DNA of 64,000 nt from an uncultured bacterium (GTDB lineage Bacteria; UBP7; UBA6624): NCBI GenBank assembly GCA_964012435.1, contig CAXGSM010000001.1, forward strand, positions 27,979 to 91,978, written 5' to 3'. A program made the translations under genes and the position numbers. The notes below the pieces were generated by a model. The model did not search any database. It had not been told where the DNA came from and was given only the letters and a program-made list of their open reading frames with translations. This document shows, in pieces, positions 52,841 to 61,965 of this stretch (the stretch's first letter is position 1; each line of letters opens with the position of its first letter).

Positions 52841-54235
52841 ATGGATACAGGTTTGCTTGTTTTTTTAGTTTATGTTTCATTTATGTTCTTCCATGCGTGG
52901 ACAGGTAATAAAAAAATTAAAAACTCTGTTGACTTCAATGTTGCTGGCAGAGGTTTGCCGGGTTTCGTGATCGGTTTATCCTTTTATGCTTCTTTCATGA
53001 GCACGAATTCTTTTCTTGGTCTGGCTGGAAGGTCTCATTCTTGGGGTTTTTCGATATGGGGTTCAGGTATACTCTTTATCCTTTTTGCATGGGTCTCATG
53101 GAGATTCATTGCACCTAAGCTTAGGCTTCGTACAGAAGAATTAGGCGCCCTAACCCTTTCTGATTATCTTGGGTATTCTTTTAAGAGTAAAGGTTACGAA
53201 AGAGCAGCTTGTTTGGTTATATTGCTCGCAAGCATACCTTTTATGCAGGCTGTCTTTAAAGGTGTGATGCTGGTTGTTTCGCAAATGACAGGACTCTCAT
53301 CAACAGTATCTTTGGTTTTGGCATGGTTCATCATTGTTGTTTACACGGTTGCCGGTGGCTTTCATGCTGTTGCAAAAACTGATGTGGTGCAAGCTTTCAT
53401 AATGCTTGTTGCTTCTTTATTCTTGCCTTTTTCAATGTTTAGGTCTTATGGAGGTGTACAGAACCTTGTCGAGTCTTCTTCTGTTGATGCAGGAGTTGCT
53501 GTTTCTGATATATGGGCAATGGCTCCACTTGGAGCTGTTATAGGGATTGGTTTAGCAGGAGGCTTTAAGATGATGTCTGAGCCTAGACAGATCTCCAGGT
53601 TTTTTGCAATAGACAGTAAGGAAATAAAAAAAGGAGAAAAGATAGCCTTGTGGACTTTAGCAATTTCCTATCTTTTTATACTACCTGTAGGATTTTTGTC
53701 TAGAGGCTTTTTGGGCTCCTATGAAGGGGATCTTGATGCAATTGTTCCAACATTGTTATCAATGCCTGAAGTAGTCCATCCTTTTTTGGGTTATGTTTTC
53801 CTTGCAGCTTTTCTTGCTGCTGCTATGAGTAGTTTAGATTCAATATTACTTGCTGTTTCAGGAAGCGTTCAAAGGGGTTTCTTTTATAAAAAAACAAGAA
53901 ATGAATTGTTCTCAACAAGGGTCATTGTTGTGGTCTTGAGCATACTTCCTGCTTTTTTGGTTTTATACAACCCTGCAGAGATAATTGCATTAACAACTTT
54001 ATCAGGAGCAGTTTTTGGAGCGGCGTTCCTTCCTTCTCTGATTCATTCTCTTTACAGTAAAACTGTGCCGATAAAAGCAGCATGGGTTTCACTTATTTCA
54101 GGCTTTTCTTCAGTTTTAATTTGGAAATTTTATATTATTGCAAATTGGCCAAGCTTCAAAATGGTTCATGAGGTTGTAGCAGGAACTTTAATTTCCTTTA
54201 TTCTTTTTTACCTGGTCAAAGGGAAAGATGGTTAA
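52841..54235 (+). CDS. Sodium:solute symporter (SSS) family transporter
   Basis: The 464-aa protein has about 13 TM helices. The N-terminal part reads FNVAGRGLPGFVIGLSFYASFMSTNSFLGLAG, and a later AAAMSSLDS motif is typical of the SSS family. Confidence 0.7.
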   Translation: MDTGLLVFLVYVSFMFFHAWTGNKKIKNSVDFNVAGRGLPGFVIGLSFYASFMSTNSFLGLAGRSHSWGFSIWGSGILFILFAWVSWRFIAPKLRLRTEELGALTLSDYLGYSFKSKGYERAACLVILLASIPFMQAVFKGVMLVVSQMTGLSSTVSLVLAWFIIVVYTVAGGFHAVAKTDVVQAFIMLVASLFLPFSMFRSYGGVQNLVESSSVDAGVAVSDIWAMAPLGAVIGIGLAGGFKMMSEPRQISRFFAIDSKEIKKGEKIALWTLAISYLFILPVGFLSRGFLGSYEGDLDAIVPTLLSMPEVVHPFLGYVFLAAFLAAAMSSLDSILLAVSGSVQRGFFYKKTRNELFSTRVIVVVLSILPAFLVLYNPAEIIALTTLSGAVFGAAFLPSLIHSLYSKTVPIKAAWVSLISGFSSVLIWKFYIIANWPSFKMVHEVVAGTLISFILFYLVKGKDG

Positions 54236-54710
54236 GGGTATCAAGATAAGAGTTGCTGCTATAGTCAGCTATAAAGACAAGATACTGTTCAACAGGCAGG
54301 AGATCCCTGATAAAGCATGTGTTTATTCATTGATGGGAGGCCATCTTGAATTTGGAGAATCTGTTAAGGATTGCTTGGTAAGAGAGTTCAAAGAAGAACT
54401 TGATTGGGATATTGAAGTTCAAAAGCTTATTTACGTTTGTGAAAACTCATGGCTTGAAGAGGATCCTGAAGATTTTAACTTTAATCAAAAAATGCATGGT
54501 GTTGAGTTGTATTTTCATGCAAAATTGAAAAAAAAATCAATTGGAAAGAATCCAAAAACTACAGAAGATCACCTTTGGCCAGGGTGGTTTTCAAAAAAAG
54601 ATATAGAAAAAGATGGCAGGGTTGTTCCTTCTTTTTTAGAGAAAAGGCTTTTTGAAGATATGGAAAAAGGTTTTTCCTCGCAGACTAAATTCTTTACAGT
54701 TGGTTTTTGA
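54228..54710 (+). CDS. NUDIX hydrolase
   Basis: It has the Nudix box GGHLEFGESVKDCLVREFKEELD (Gx5Ex7REUxEExGU). Confidence 0.85.
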   Translation: MVKGIKIRVAAIVSYKDKILFNRQEIPDKACVYSLMGGHLEFGESVKDCLVREFKEELDWDIEVQKLIYVCENSWLEEDPEDFNFNQKMHGVELYFHAKLKKKSIGKNPKTTEDHLWPGWFSKKDIEKDGRVVPSFLEKRLFEDMEKGFSSQTKFFTVGF

Positions 54711-55125
54711 TTGATTGTTTTTTTATCTTTTCTTTTATTTCCTGAGACACTTTGTCAATTTCTTTTGTTATCTGGCATTCCCAAAATCTCATAACAACCC
54801 ACCCTTCTTTTTTAAGTTTTATGTTTGCCTTCATGTCCCTTTCTTTATTTTGTTTAAGTTTTTCGGACCAGTATTTCTTGTTTGAGGAAGGTTTTTTGTA
54901 ACAAGATGGACATCCATGCCAAAAACACCCATCAACAAAAATTGATATTCTTTTGCCAACATAGCAAATATCAGGCTTTCCAAATGCTTTGCTGTAGTTC
55001 AACCTGTAACCTCTGTACCCAGAATGCCAGAGATTTTTTCTTAGAAGTATTTCAGGCTTGGTGTTTTTGCCCCTTATTCGAGACATTATTTTGGATCTTA
55101 TTTTCTTGGAAACCCTGTCGGTCAT
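54694..55125 (-). CDS. vsr: Very short patch repair endonuclease
   Basis: It has SRIRGKNTKPE, GKPDICYVGKRISIFVDGCFWHGCPSC and a later W..KL..N..RD pattern. Confidence 0.85.
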   Translation of the reverse strand: MTDRVSKKIRSKIMSRIRGKNTKPEILLRKNLWHSGYRGYRLNYSKAFGKPDICYVGKRISIFVDGCFWHGCPSCYKKPSSNKKYWSEKLKQNKERDMKANIKLKKEGWVVMRFWECQITKEIDKVSQEIKEKIKKQSIKNQL

Positions 55126-55412
55126 TTTGAGTCCATGATGAAAGACATTGCCCCAAGTGAAACATTGCCTTTTTCGTCATGGTTTTTTATATCTGTTATT
55201 CTTTTGTCTTTTTTAAGTGTTTTTTTAGTCATTTCCCTCAAGACTCCCCCACTCTTTCCATGAATGACTGTCGCTTTCTTGATTTCATTTCTTTCTAAAT
55301 CATCAAGCCAGGTTAAAAGCATGTCCTCAGCTTCTTCAAATCTTTTTTTGCGAATGTTGAGTATCTTTGAAGGAGGAGGAATGTCTGGAGCCTCCCAGGA
55401 TATACCTTTCAT
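55122..55412 (-). CDS. Smr-domain-like small protein with degenerate N-terminal catalytic motif
   Basis: The segment FEEAEDMLLTWLDDLERNEIKKATVIHGKSGGVLREMTKKTLKK matches the Smr core (eEA...l..fL......v.iIHGkG.G.Lr..v...L). The position of LDLHG/DxH reads LNIRK. Confidence 0.5.
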   Translation of the reverse strand: MKGISWEAPDIPPPSKILNIRKKRFEEAEDMLLTWLDDLERNEIKKATVIHGKSGGVLREMTKKTLKKDKRITDIKNHDEKGNVSLGAMSFIMDSK

Positions 55413-55759
55413 TCATCCTCCGGGAATAAAAATTTACCCGGGTCATTAAAGAAGTCGGTTCTAAATACACAATTAAAACCTTTTTTCTTCCATATCGGGA
55501 TTATCCTTACATCTCTATGCGTTACTAATCCAATTGTTTTTATCGAGTGTGGCAAGTCAGGAAATTTATCAATAGATTTTGGATCCTGGGCCCCTAAGTC
55601 TACAATTACAAAATCCCATTTTTTATCTGAAATTCGTTCAGGGACATCTTTTGGTTCAACATGCTCAACCTCGTAACCAGTTGCATTTAATGATACTTTT
55701 ATATGCTCCCCTAGTAATAAGTTAGGTATGCTCAGCAGAACATCTTCATTTATCTTCAT
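55409..55759 (-). CDS. Receiver-like (CheY fold) protein lacking the N-terminal acidic pair
   Basis: Its alternating pattern resembles a receiver: DVLLSIPN (in place of ilivDD), WDFVIVDLG (phospho-acceptor position), TIGLVTH and GFNCVFRTDF. The length is 116 aa. Confidence 0.4.
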   Translation of the reverse strand: MKINEDVLLSIPNLLLGEHIKVSLNATGYEVEHVEPKDVPERISDKKWDFVIVDLGAQDPKSIDKFPDLPHSIKTIGLVTHRDVRIIPIWKKKGFNCVFRTDFFNDPGKFLFPEDE

Positions 55760-57707
55760 GAATTGGTATTTTTTTCCATAATGATTTAATGATCAAAAAG
55801 CCCACTAGACCCATGATGGCAAATGGCAAGAAACTTGTTGGTGCTTCAGGCGATAAGACGTCTCCAAATAGTTCATTTTTGGCAAGTATGATTGATGTAG
55901 CATTTATAAGACAGTGTATTACTGCACTGTACCATATGGTTCCGGTCCTCAATGTGATCATGGCGAAGATGATTCCTAGAATAAAGGTGAACAGCAGCCT
56001 TGAAGGCTCTAGGTGCATAAGCGCAAAAAGAAGCGAGCTTACAAATATTGCCTTTTTGTTTCCAAGTTTTTTGAATCCATGTAAAAGCAACCCTCTGAAA
56101 ACTAATTCTTCAGCTATTCCTGGCATCACTGCAACTATAAGCAACAAAGGAAGTAATGAGTTTTCATCAAATATTGTCTCGAATATCTTTGTGAATTCTT
56201 CATTCATTGGCCACATTGACTCTCCGATGTATCCAAAAAGCATACCAAAGAGCCATGCTCCTATGCTTATTGGAAGCAACCATGTTTTGGGTTTAAACCT
56301 TTTTAAATCAACAATGTAATCATTCTTCAACCCTAGAAATTTGTTTATAAAGTGAGGCAGTATTATTAGCGCTGTTATTTGAGCAAAAAAGGTTCCATAA
56401 AGTATTGCTTGCCCTGGTAGCATCCTAGGGCTTAACCTGCCTTCAAATACATAACTAAAGATTGCGAAAGCTATAAATATCAGTATGAATGAAAGTATTG
56501 ACTCAGCGCTTGTCGCGTACCTTTCTCCTTTTCTCTGTTTAGTCCACCATTGTTTCCAGTTTATTCCGCCCACACCAAGTATTGTATTTTCAGATTTGAA
56601 TTGATCAGCAGCTAAATTAAGAAAAACAAAACCAAGCAATGTTGTCCATCCTGCAGACAACCAGGATGTTAGGTTTCCTGATGCTGTAAGCCATGATTTT
56701 AAAGATATTCCAGCGCCGATTCCCGGTATCCAATTCATCCAACCAGATGGACTATCTGTGCTTAGGCTTAAAAAGGCTCCTATCATGAAAATCAAAACAA
56801 ATGGGTGAAGGTAGCTGCTTGCTTCTTTTGTAGATCTTGAAGACCCTGCAATATAAAGAAGAGCTCCACTAAAAAATATTATCATCGGTATTGAGCCCAG
56901 AACCGTAAGCAGGAAATGAGAATAAAAATTTAAACCCATTTGTCCTTGAGAAATTATGTTTATTGAAAGCATTAAAAGCCCTACATTCAGTGCAATTGCA
57001 AATAGTGCAAGAGATGCAATTACAAGAAATTTTCCAAATATTATTTCTTTTGAAGTTATGGGGAGGGCTAAAAGACTTTCTGCAGTGCCTCTTTCCCTTT
57101 CGCCTGTCATTGAATCTATCGCTGGATGAGCTAAAAGATTGATGACCATTAATAGAACTATTAGCGGCAAGAATTGAGCAAGCTCAAAGCCTGAAACCTC
57201 TTTTTCAGGAGCTATATTGATAATTTTTATATCTGGAGGATTGAGTATTTCTTCAGAAATGTCATTTGCTTTTAATGTGTTTTTTACCTTTTCTAGATTC
57301 CATTTTTTTATATAGTCTTCGAGCAGAGCTCTTGCTCTTTGAGATTTCCCATCACTTCTAGCTCCGTCGAAATGTATTTCAAATTCACCATTATTAAGTT
57401 CAATATACGCATCAAGATCCTTGCTTTTGAGTGAATCTAATAGATCTGATTTCAAAATCTTTTTAAATTCAACATTATCCTCTTCATTTTCAAAGGAAAT
57501 TTCATTTGCAAAATTTTCAGTAATGCCTATTGTGTAGCTTTCTTCTAGCCTTTTGTTGGATGTTTGTGTTTCTTGTATTCCAGCTATAAGTAAAAAAAGT
57601 GGCACGAATACTGCAGGCAGTATGACCATTGCAATAATGGTTCTTATATCACGTATCAGCTCAGTTCCATCCTTGATGAAAATAGCTTTAACTTGATTCC
57701 ACCTCAT
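55746..57707 (-). CDS. Fusion of an ABC-2 type permease and a CPBP (CAAX/Abi) intramembrane glutamic protease domain
   Basis: The N-terminal half has TM1, a large loop and five TM helices, typical of NatB-like ABC-2 permeases. The C-terminal part has the CPBP motifs IAEELVFRG, FALMH and VIHCLINA. Confidence 0.75.
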   Translation of the reverse strand: MRWNQVKAIFIKDGTELIRDIRTIIAMVILPAVFVPLFLLIAGIQETQTSNKRLEESYTIGITENFANEISFENEEDNVEFKKILKSDLLDSLKSKDLDAYIELNNGEFEIHFDGARSDGKSQRARALLEDYIKKWNLEKVKNTLKANDISEEILNPPDIKIINIAPEKEVSGFELAQFLPLIVLLMVINLLAHPAIDSMTGERERGTAESLLALPITSKEIIFGKFLVIASLALFAIALNVGLLMLSINIISQGQMGLNFYSHFLLTVLGSIPMIIFFSGALLYIAGSSRSTKEASSYLHPFVLIFMIGAFLSLSTDSPSGWMNWIPGIGAGISLKSWLTASGNLTSWLSAGWTTLLGFVFLNLAADQFKSENTILGVGGINWKQWWTKQRKGERYATSAESILSFILIFIAFAIFSYVFEGRLSPRMLPGQAILYGTFFAQITALIILPHFINKFLGLKNDYIVDLKRFKPKTWLLPISIGAWLFGMLFGYIGESMWPMNEEFTKIFETIFDENSLLPLLLIVAVMPGIAEELVFRGLLLHGFKKLGNKKAIFVSSLLFALMHLEPSRLLFTFILGIIFAMITLRTGTIWYSAVIHCLINATSIILAKNELFGDVLSPEAPTSFLPFAIMGLVGFLIIKSLWKKIPIHEDK

Positions 57708-58411
57708 TGTTGCACACCAGCTATTTTTAAAAAGGATTTTGAAAGACTCTCTTCAGGCCATTTGTTTTTTTTCCAGTTTGCTACAGATTTACCATCAGAA
57801 AGAACGACTATTGAGTCTGCTATTTTTTCAGCAATCCAAACTTGATGAGTGGAGATCAGTATCCCCCTACCTTCAATCTTGGCTTGATTCAGGTCTTCAA
57901 TTATCTTGGTTGTTGCGACTAAGTCAAGTGTTGCAGTAGGTTCATCTAATATTAAATAATCAGTATTTCTTGCAAGAGCCCTGGCTATAAGGACCCTTTG
58001 TTTGTTCCCTGTTGAAAGTGTTTCCATTCTTTTTTCTGAATATTGTTCGATATTCAATGCTTTTAAGTATTTTTTAGTTTGGCTGATTGCTTCTTTTTCA
58101 GCTAATCCTTCTGCTCGTAAAGAGAACAGTATATGTTCTTTTGCAGTCAATCTTTTGTATGTACCTGCATCTGCATGAACATAAGCTAAAGACTGACGAA
58201 GCTCTAGTGAGCTTGTTTTATTGTTGTTTAAAAGTATATTTCCAGAATCCGGCTTCAGTAACCCTATTAAAGTTCTTATTGTTGTTGTCTTTCCTGCCCC
58301 ATTTGCACCAAGAAGAGCTACAATTTCACCTTTTTTTATATCTAAAGAAACATCTTTACAGGCTTGTGTCCCTTCTATGGTTTTTTGAATGTTTTTTAAG
58401 GATATGCTCAC
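57704..58411 (-). CDS. ABC transporter ATP-binding protein
   Basis: It has Walker A GANGAGKTT, signature LSTGNKQR, Walker B LILDEP and an H-loop STH. Confidence 0.85.
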   Translation of the reverse strand: MSISLKNIQKTIEGTQACKDVSLDIKKGEIVALLGANGAGKTTTIRTLIGLLKPDSGNILLNNNKTSSLELRQSLAYVHADAGTYKRLTAKEHILFSLRAEGLAEKEAISQTKKYLKALNIEQYSEKRMETLSTGNKQRVLIARALARNTDYLILDEPTATLDLVATTKIIEDLNQAKIEGRGILISTHQVWIAEKIADSIVVLSDGKSVANWKKNKWPEESLSKSFLKIAGVQQ

Positions 58412-60282
58412 ATTCTTGAAGGTATTGATATCCCAAATATTTTTAAAGCTTCTTCTAATGTTTTTAATGTGCAGTAGGTTAAGTTAACTCTGAACATTTC
58501 TGTTTTAGGGTCTTCGTTAATGATTGGACTTGAGTGGTAAAAATTTGAAAATGCCTTTGATAGCCTATGAAGCGACTCAAGCAAAGGTGTTGGGCTTATA
58601 TTTTCAAAAGATCTTTTTAATTCATTTTGGATAGTAAAAATATTAAAGATAACAGCTTTTTCATTTTCGTTCATTTTGATTTTTTCAAATTTAAGATCAG
58701 GTTGTATTCCGCTTTTCTCTATCACCCTTTTGCATCTAACTGCAGCATATTGCAAATAAGATCCCGTTTTACCTTCGTTAGACAATACTTCTTCCCACTT
58801 GAAGGATATTTTTTTGTTGAAATCTCTTGAGAACATTAAGTGTTTTAAAGCTCCTGTTATTACTTTATCAAGATCTTTATTTGAAATTTTTTGATTTGAT
58901 TTTGATTTTGCAAACTTCTTAGCTTCTTGCCATAATTCAGAAAAAGCAACAATATTACCTGACCTGCTTGACATTTTTCCCTCAGGTAAATCAACCATTT
59001 CGTATCCGATATGAATTAGTTCTGACAGTTCTTCATACTGTTCCAGTATTTTAAAAATTTGTTTGAAGTAAAAGCTTTGTGGAGCACCTACAACATAAAA
59101 AGATTTATCCGTTTTGTACTGGTTTTGTTTTAATTTTGCTAATGCAAGATCTTTTGCTGAATATAAAGGTAGTCCGTCAGAGCGTAACAATGGAAGCACA
59201 TCTAGTTTTTTACTGTTATACGGTTCTTTTTTGAAATCAACCAAAACAGACCCACCTTCTTTTTCAGCTAAGTTTTTGTTTACAAGTTTGTTTGATATCC
59301 GAATCGCATCTTCTTCTACATCTGATTCATAATATATTTTTTCAAAATCAACATCGAGAAGTCGGTATATTTTTTCAAAAGCATCCATGCACCATTTTTT
59401 TGTTTCTTTCCAATCTTTTACAAGTTCTGAATCTTTGTTTTTCCACCTTTCTGCAATTTCATTTTGCAGATCTAGATTTTTCTTCCAGTTGATTGCAGAT
59501 TCATTTAAGCTTTTGAAGTTTTCTGATTCAAAGAATCCATCATTTGATTTTTTTAGTATTTTGCTGATCAGAAATTTATTTTTTCGAAATTTTTTAAATT
59601 TTTCATCTATTTCAAAATTTGAATTTTCATTAATTAAATCTTTTACGTCCCACGCTTCTTTAATGAATTTTTCTTTTGAGGCTGATTCTCTTTGTGCCCA
59701 TTGTGAGTAGTATTCGCCAAGCCATCTAGAAAGATCAAGATCAGGATCCTCCTCTATAGAAGGTGGTTTTGGCTTTCCTGCCAACTCCCAACCCAAGAGG
59801 GCCTTAAGGACATGGGTCCCTATGTCACCTATATAGTTTGCTGGAACTACATCTATGCCAAATTTTCTTGCTATTCTGACTATGAAATCACCAGTAACAA
59901 CATTTCTAAAATGACCTATATGAAATGCCTTATGTGTATTTGGTTGAGAGTATTCAACAATCCATTTTTGTTTATTTTCGGTTTTGTCAAAAACATTTTT
60001 ATTTATTGAGTAGAAATTAAAAATATCCTCTGCAAGCTCGCTGTAATCTGGTTCAATTTTGAGTGATTTATTTTCATTTCTTACAGACTTGATAAGTTTC
60101 ATTTTTTTTATTTTTTTTAAATCGCTTTCTTTTGAGCCACCCCACCGAATTGAATTCGTGCAAATAAATGTCAAGTCTTTATCTTCTCTTCTTAGCGATG
60201 CGATATGTTTTTCTTCAGGTTTTATTTCTGAGAGCATGTCATTGACATTCGCGGTGAAGATTTCCCAAGGGTGTTTATTCAT
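58408..60282 (-). CDS. argS: Arginine--tRNA ligase
   Basis: It has SQPNTHKAFHIGHFRNVVTGD (HIGH region), GKMSSRSG and a DALR-like C-terminal domain ending in the characteristic terminal Met (...PSRM). Confidence 0.85.
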   Translation of the reverse strand: MNKHPWEIFTANVNDMLSEIKPEEKHIASLRREDKDLTFICTNSIRWGGSKESDLKKIKKMKLIKSVRNENKSLKIEPDYSELAEDIFNFYSINKNVFDKTENKQKWIVEYSQPNTHKAFHIGHFRNVVTGDFIVRIARKFGIDVVPANYIGDIGTHVLKALLGWELAGKPKPPSIEEDPDLDLSRWLGEYYSQWAQRESASKEKFIKEAWDVKDLINENSNFEIDEKFKKFRKNKFLISKILKKSNDGFFESENFKSLNESAINWKKNLDLQNEIAERWKNKDSELVKDWKETKKWCMDAFEKIYRLLDVDFEKIYYESDVEEDAIRISNKLVNKNLAEKEGGSVLVDFKKEPYNSKKLDVLPLLRSDGLPLYSAKDLALAKLKQNQYKTDKSFYVVGAPQSFYFKQIFKILEQYEELSELIHIGYEMVDLPEGKMSSRSGNIVAFSELWQEAKKFAKSKSNQKISNKDLDKVITGALKHLMFSRDFNKKISFKWEEVLSNEGKTGSYLQYAAVRCKRVIEKSGIQPDLKFEKIKMNENEKAVIFNIFTIQNELKRSFENISPTPLLESLHRLSKAFSNFYHSSPIINEDPKTEMFRVNLTYCTLKTLEEALKIFGISIPSRM

Positions 60283-61177
60283 AGTCGCTAAGTACCATCA
60301 TAAGAAATTTTTCGAAGCCAAAGCCTGCTTTTTGTGCACTTAAGGGCAAAAGGCTTAAATTTGTCATTCCCGGTATTGTATTTGTTTCAAGGTACCATAT
60401 ATTTTTATCATCAATTATGAAATCTGATCTTGAGAAGGATTTGCAACCCAATGCTTTATGAGCATCTAATGCATATTTTTTTATTTTAGTTTGAATTGAT
60501 ATTTCTAAATTTTTTGGTTTTTTTATGTATTCCGTTTCTCCAGATGTGTATTTTGATTTGTAGTTGTAAAAGGATTCTTTTCTTGGTTTTATTTCTATCA
60601 CGCCTAATGATTTTATTTTCTTGCCTGTCTCCATGACCCCAACTGTTAATTCCCTGCCTTTTATATATGGTTCAACAAGGCATTTTTTTGACACTGATAA
60701 ATTTTCCCAATCTTCATCTGTTTCAATCAGCGTGGTGTCTATGCTGGAACCTTCATTTATTGGCTTAACTATCAGCCTGTGATTAAAACCTTTGAATCTA
60801 GGCTTTTTCTTTTTGTTGTACATTTCTTGTGGGAGAACGGGTAACCCTTGTGAATCCATTAATTTTTTTGTTTTTACCTTGTCTAAAGCAAGAGAGCTTT
60901 GTTTTGCCCTGGATCCAACGTATTCAATTTTGTGTAATTCTAAAAATGCTTGAATTGCACCATCCTCCCCTCCCCCTTTGCCATGAAGGCATGGAAAAAT
61001 AAGTATATTTTCCAGATCCTCTTCAAGTATTGAAACAAGGTCATCCGCGATTTTTATATCTTTTTTTTCTGTACAGACATGAAAGCTTTTTATTGCTTTG
61101 TAGGTCTGAGTCATTGAGTTTAGGCTTACTTCCCTTTCTGTAGACCAGCCTCCTCCAAGGACGATTATTTTTTTCAT
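60275..61177 (-). CDS. ddl: D-alanine--D-alanine ligase
   Basis: I take the start at the internal Met (MKKIIVLGGGWSTEREVSLNS, complement of 61175..61177), which overlaps the map stop (ATGA). It has HGKGGEDG, an ATP-grasp segment and ETNTIPGMT. Confidence 0.85.
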   Translation of the reverse strand: MKKIIVLGGGWSTEREVSLNSMTQTYKAIKSFHVCTEKKDIKIADDLVSILEEDLENILIFPCLHGKGGGEDGAIQAFLELHKIEYVGSRAKQSSLALDKVKTKKLMDSQGLPVLPQEMYNKKKKPRFKGFNHRLIVKPINEGSSIDTTLIETDEDWENLSVSKKCLVEPYIKGRELTVGVMETGKKIKSLGVIEIKPRKESFYNYKSKYTSGETEYIKKPKNLEISIQTKIKKYALDAHKALGCKSFSRSDFIIDDKNIWYLETNTIPGMTNLSLLPLSAQKAGFGFEKFLMMVLSDYE

Positions 61178-61965
61178 TTGAATATTAATGAAGGTTTCTT
61201 TGACCACAATTCGCAATCTGTAAGAATCATTGGAGGGTCGTTTACGACTACAGTATGCTCATAGTGAGCCGTTAAAGAGTGGTCTTGAGTCACAACAGTC
61301 CATCCATCAGATTTTGTGTATGTTTTTGTGTTTCCTTGTGATGCCATTATTTCTATTGCTATGCATTGGTTGCTGGATAACGTCTCTCCTGTTCCTTTTG
61401 TTCCAAAATTTGGAATAAGAGGCTCTCCATGTAGTATTGTCCCTATGCCATGTCCAAAAAGTTCTGTGCTGGGGTTATAGCCTTCTTTCAAGAGTACTTC
61501 TTGTGTAGCGAAGCCTATATCGCCAGTTTTCTTTCCAGGTTTTGCTTGTTCTATTGATTTGTAGAGTGAATTCCATACACAGTCCAAAAAATCCATGTTT
61601 TTTTGAGATATTTGACCAACTGGATATGTGTATGCAGAATCAGAGTACATTTTTTCGAAAATGACTCCAAAATCAACTGTAACAATGTCACCCTCAAGAA
61701 GTATTCTGTCTGAAGGAAAGCCATGCACAAAATCCTCATTAACGCTTATGCATGTAGCAAACGGATAATTGTTATAGCCTTGGAAAGCAGGTTTTGAGTT
61801 TCTTTCTTTTATCTCTGCTAAAACCATGTTTTCAATTTCTATCGTTCTTACTCCAGGTTTTACGAATTGCTTTAATGCAAGCAGCACCTCTCCGGTTATC
61901 CTCGCGCTTTCTTTTGATCTCTTGAGTGAGCTTTTGTCAAGTATTTGTGTGTTTGATCTATTCAT
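61174..61965 (-). CDS. map: Type I methionine aminopeptidase
   Basis: It has FQGYNNYPFATCISVNE, VHGFP, DIVTVD, GHGIG and EHTVVV. Confidence 0.9.
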   Translation of the reverse strand: MNRSNTQILDKSSLKRSKESARITGEVLLALKQFVKPGVRTIEIENMVLAEIKERNSKPAFQGYNNYPFATCISVNEDFVHGFPSDRILLEGDIVTVDFGVIFEKMYSDSAYTYPVGQISQKNMDFLDCVWNSLYKSIEQAKPGKKTGDIGFATQEVLLKEGYNPSTELFGHGIGTILHGEPLIPNFGTKGTGETLSSNQCIAIEIMASQGNTKTYTKSDGWTVVTQDHSLTAHYEHTVVVNDPPMILTDCELWSKKPSLIFK

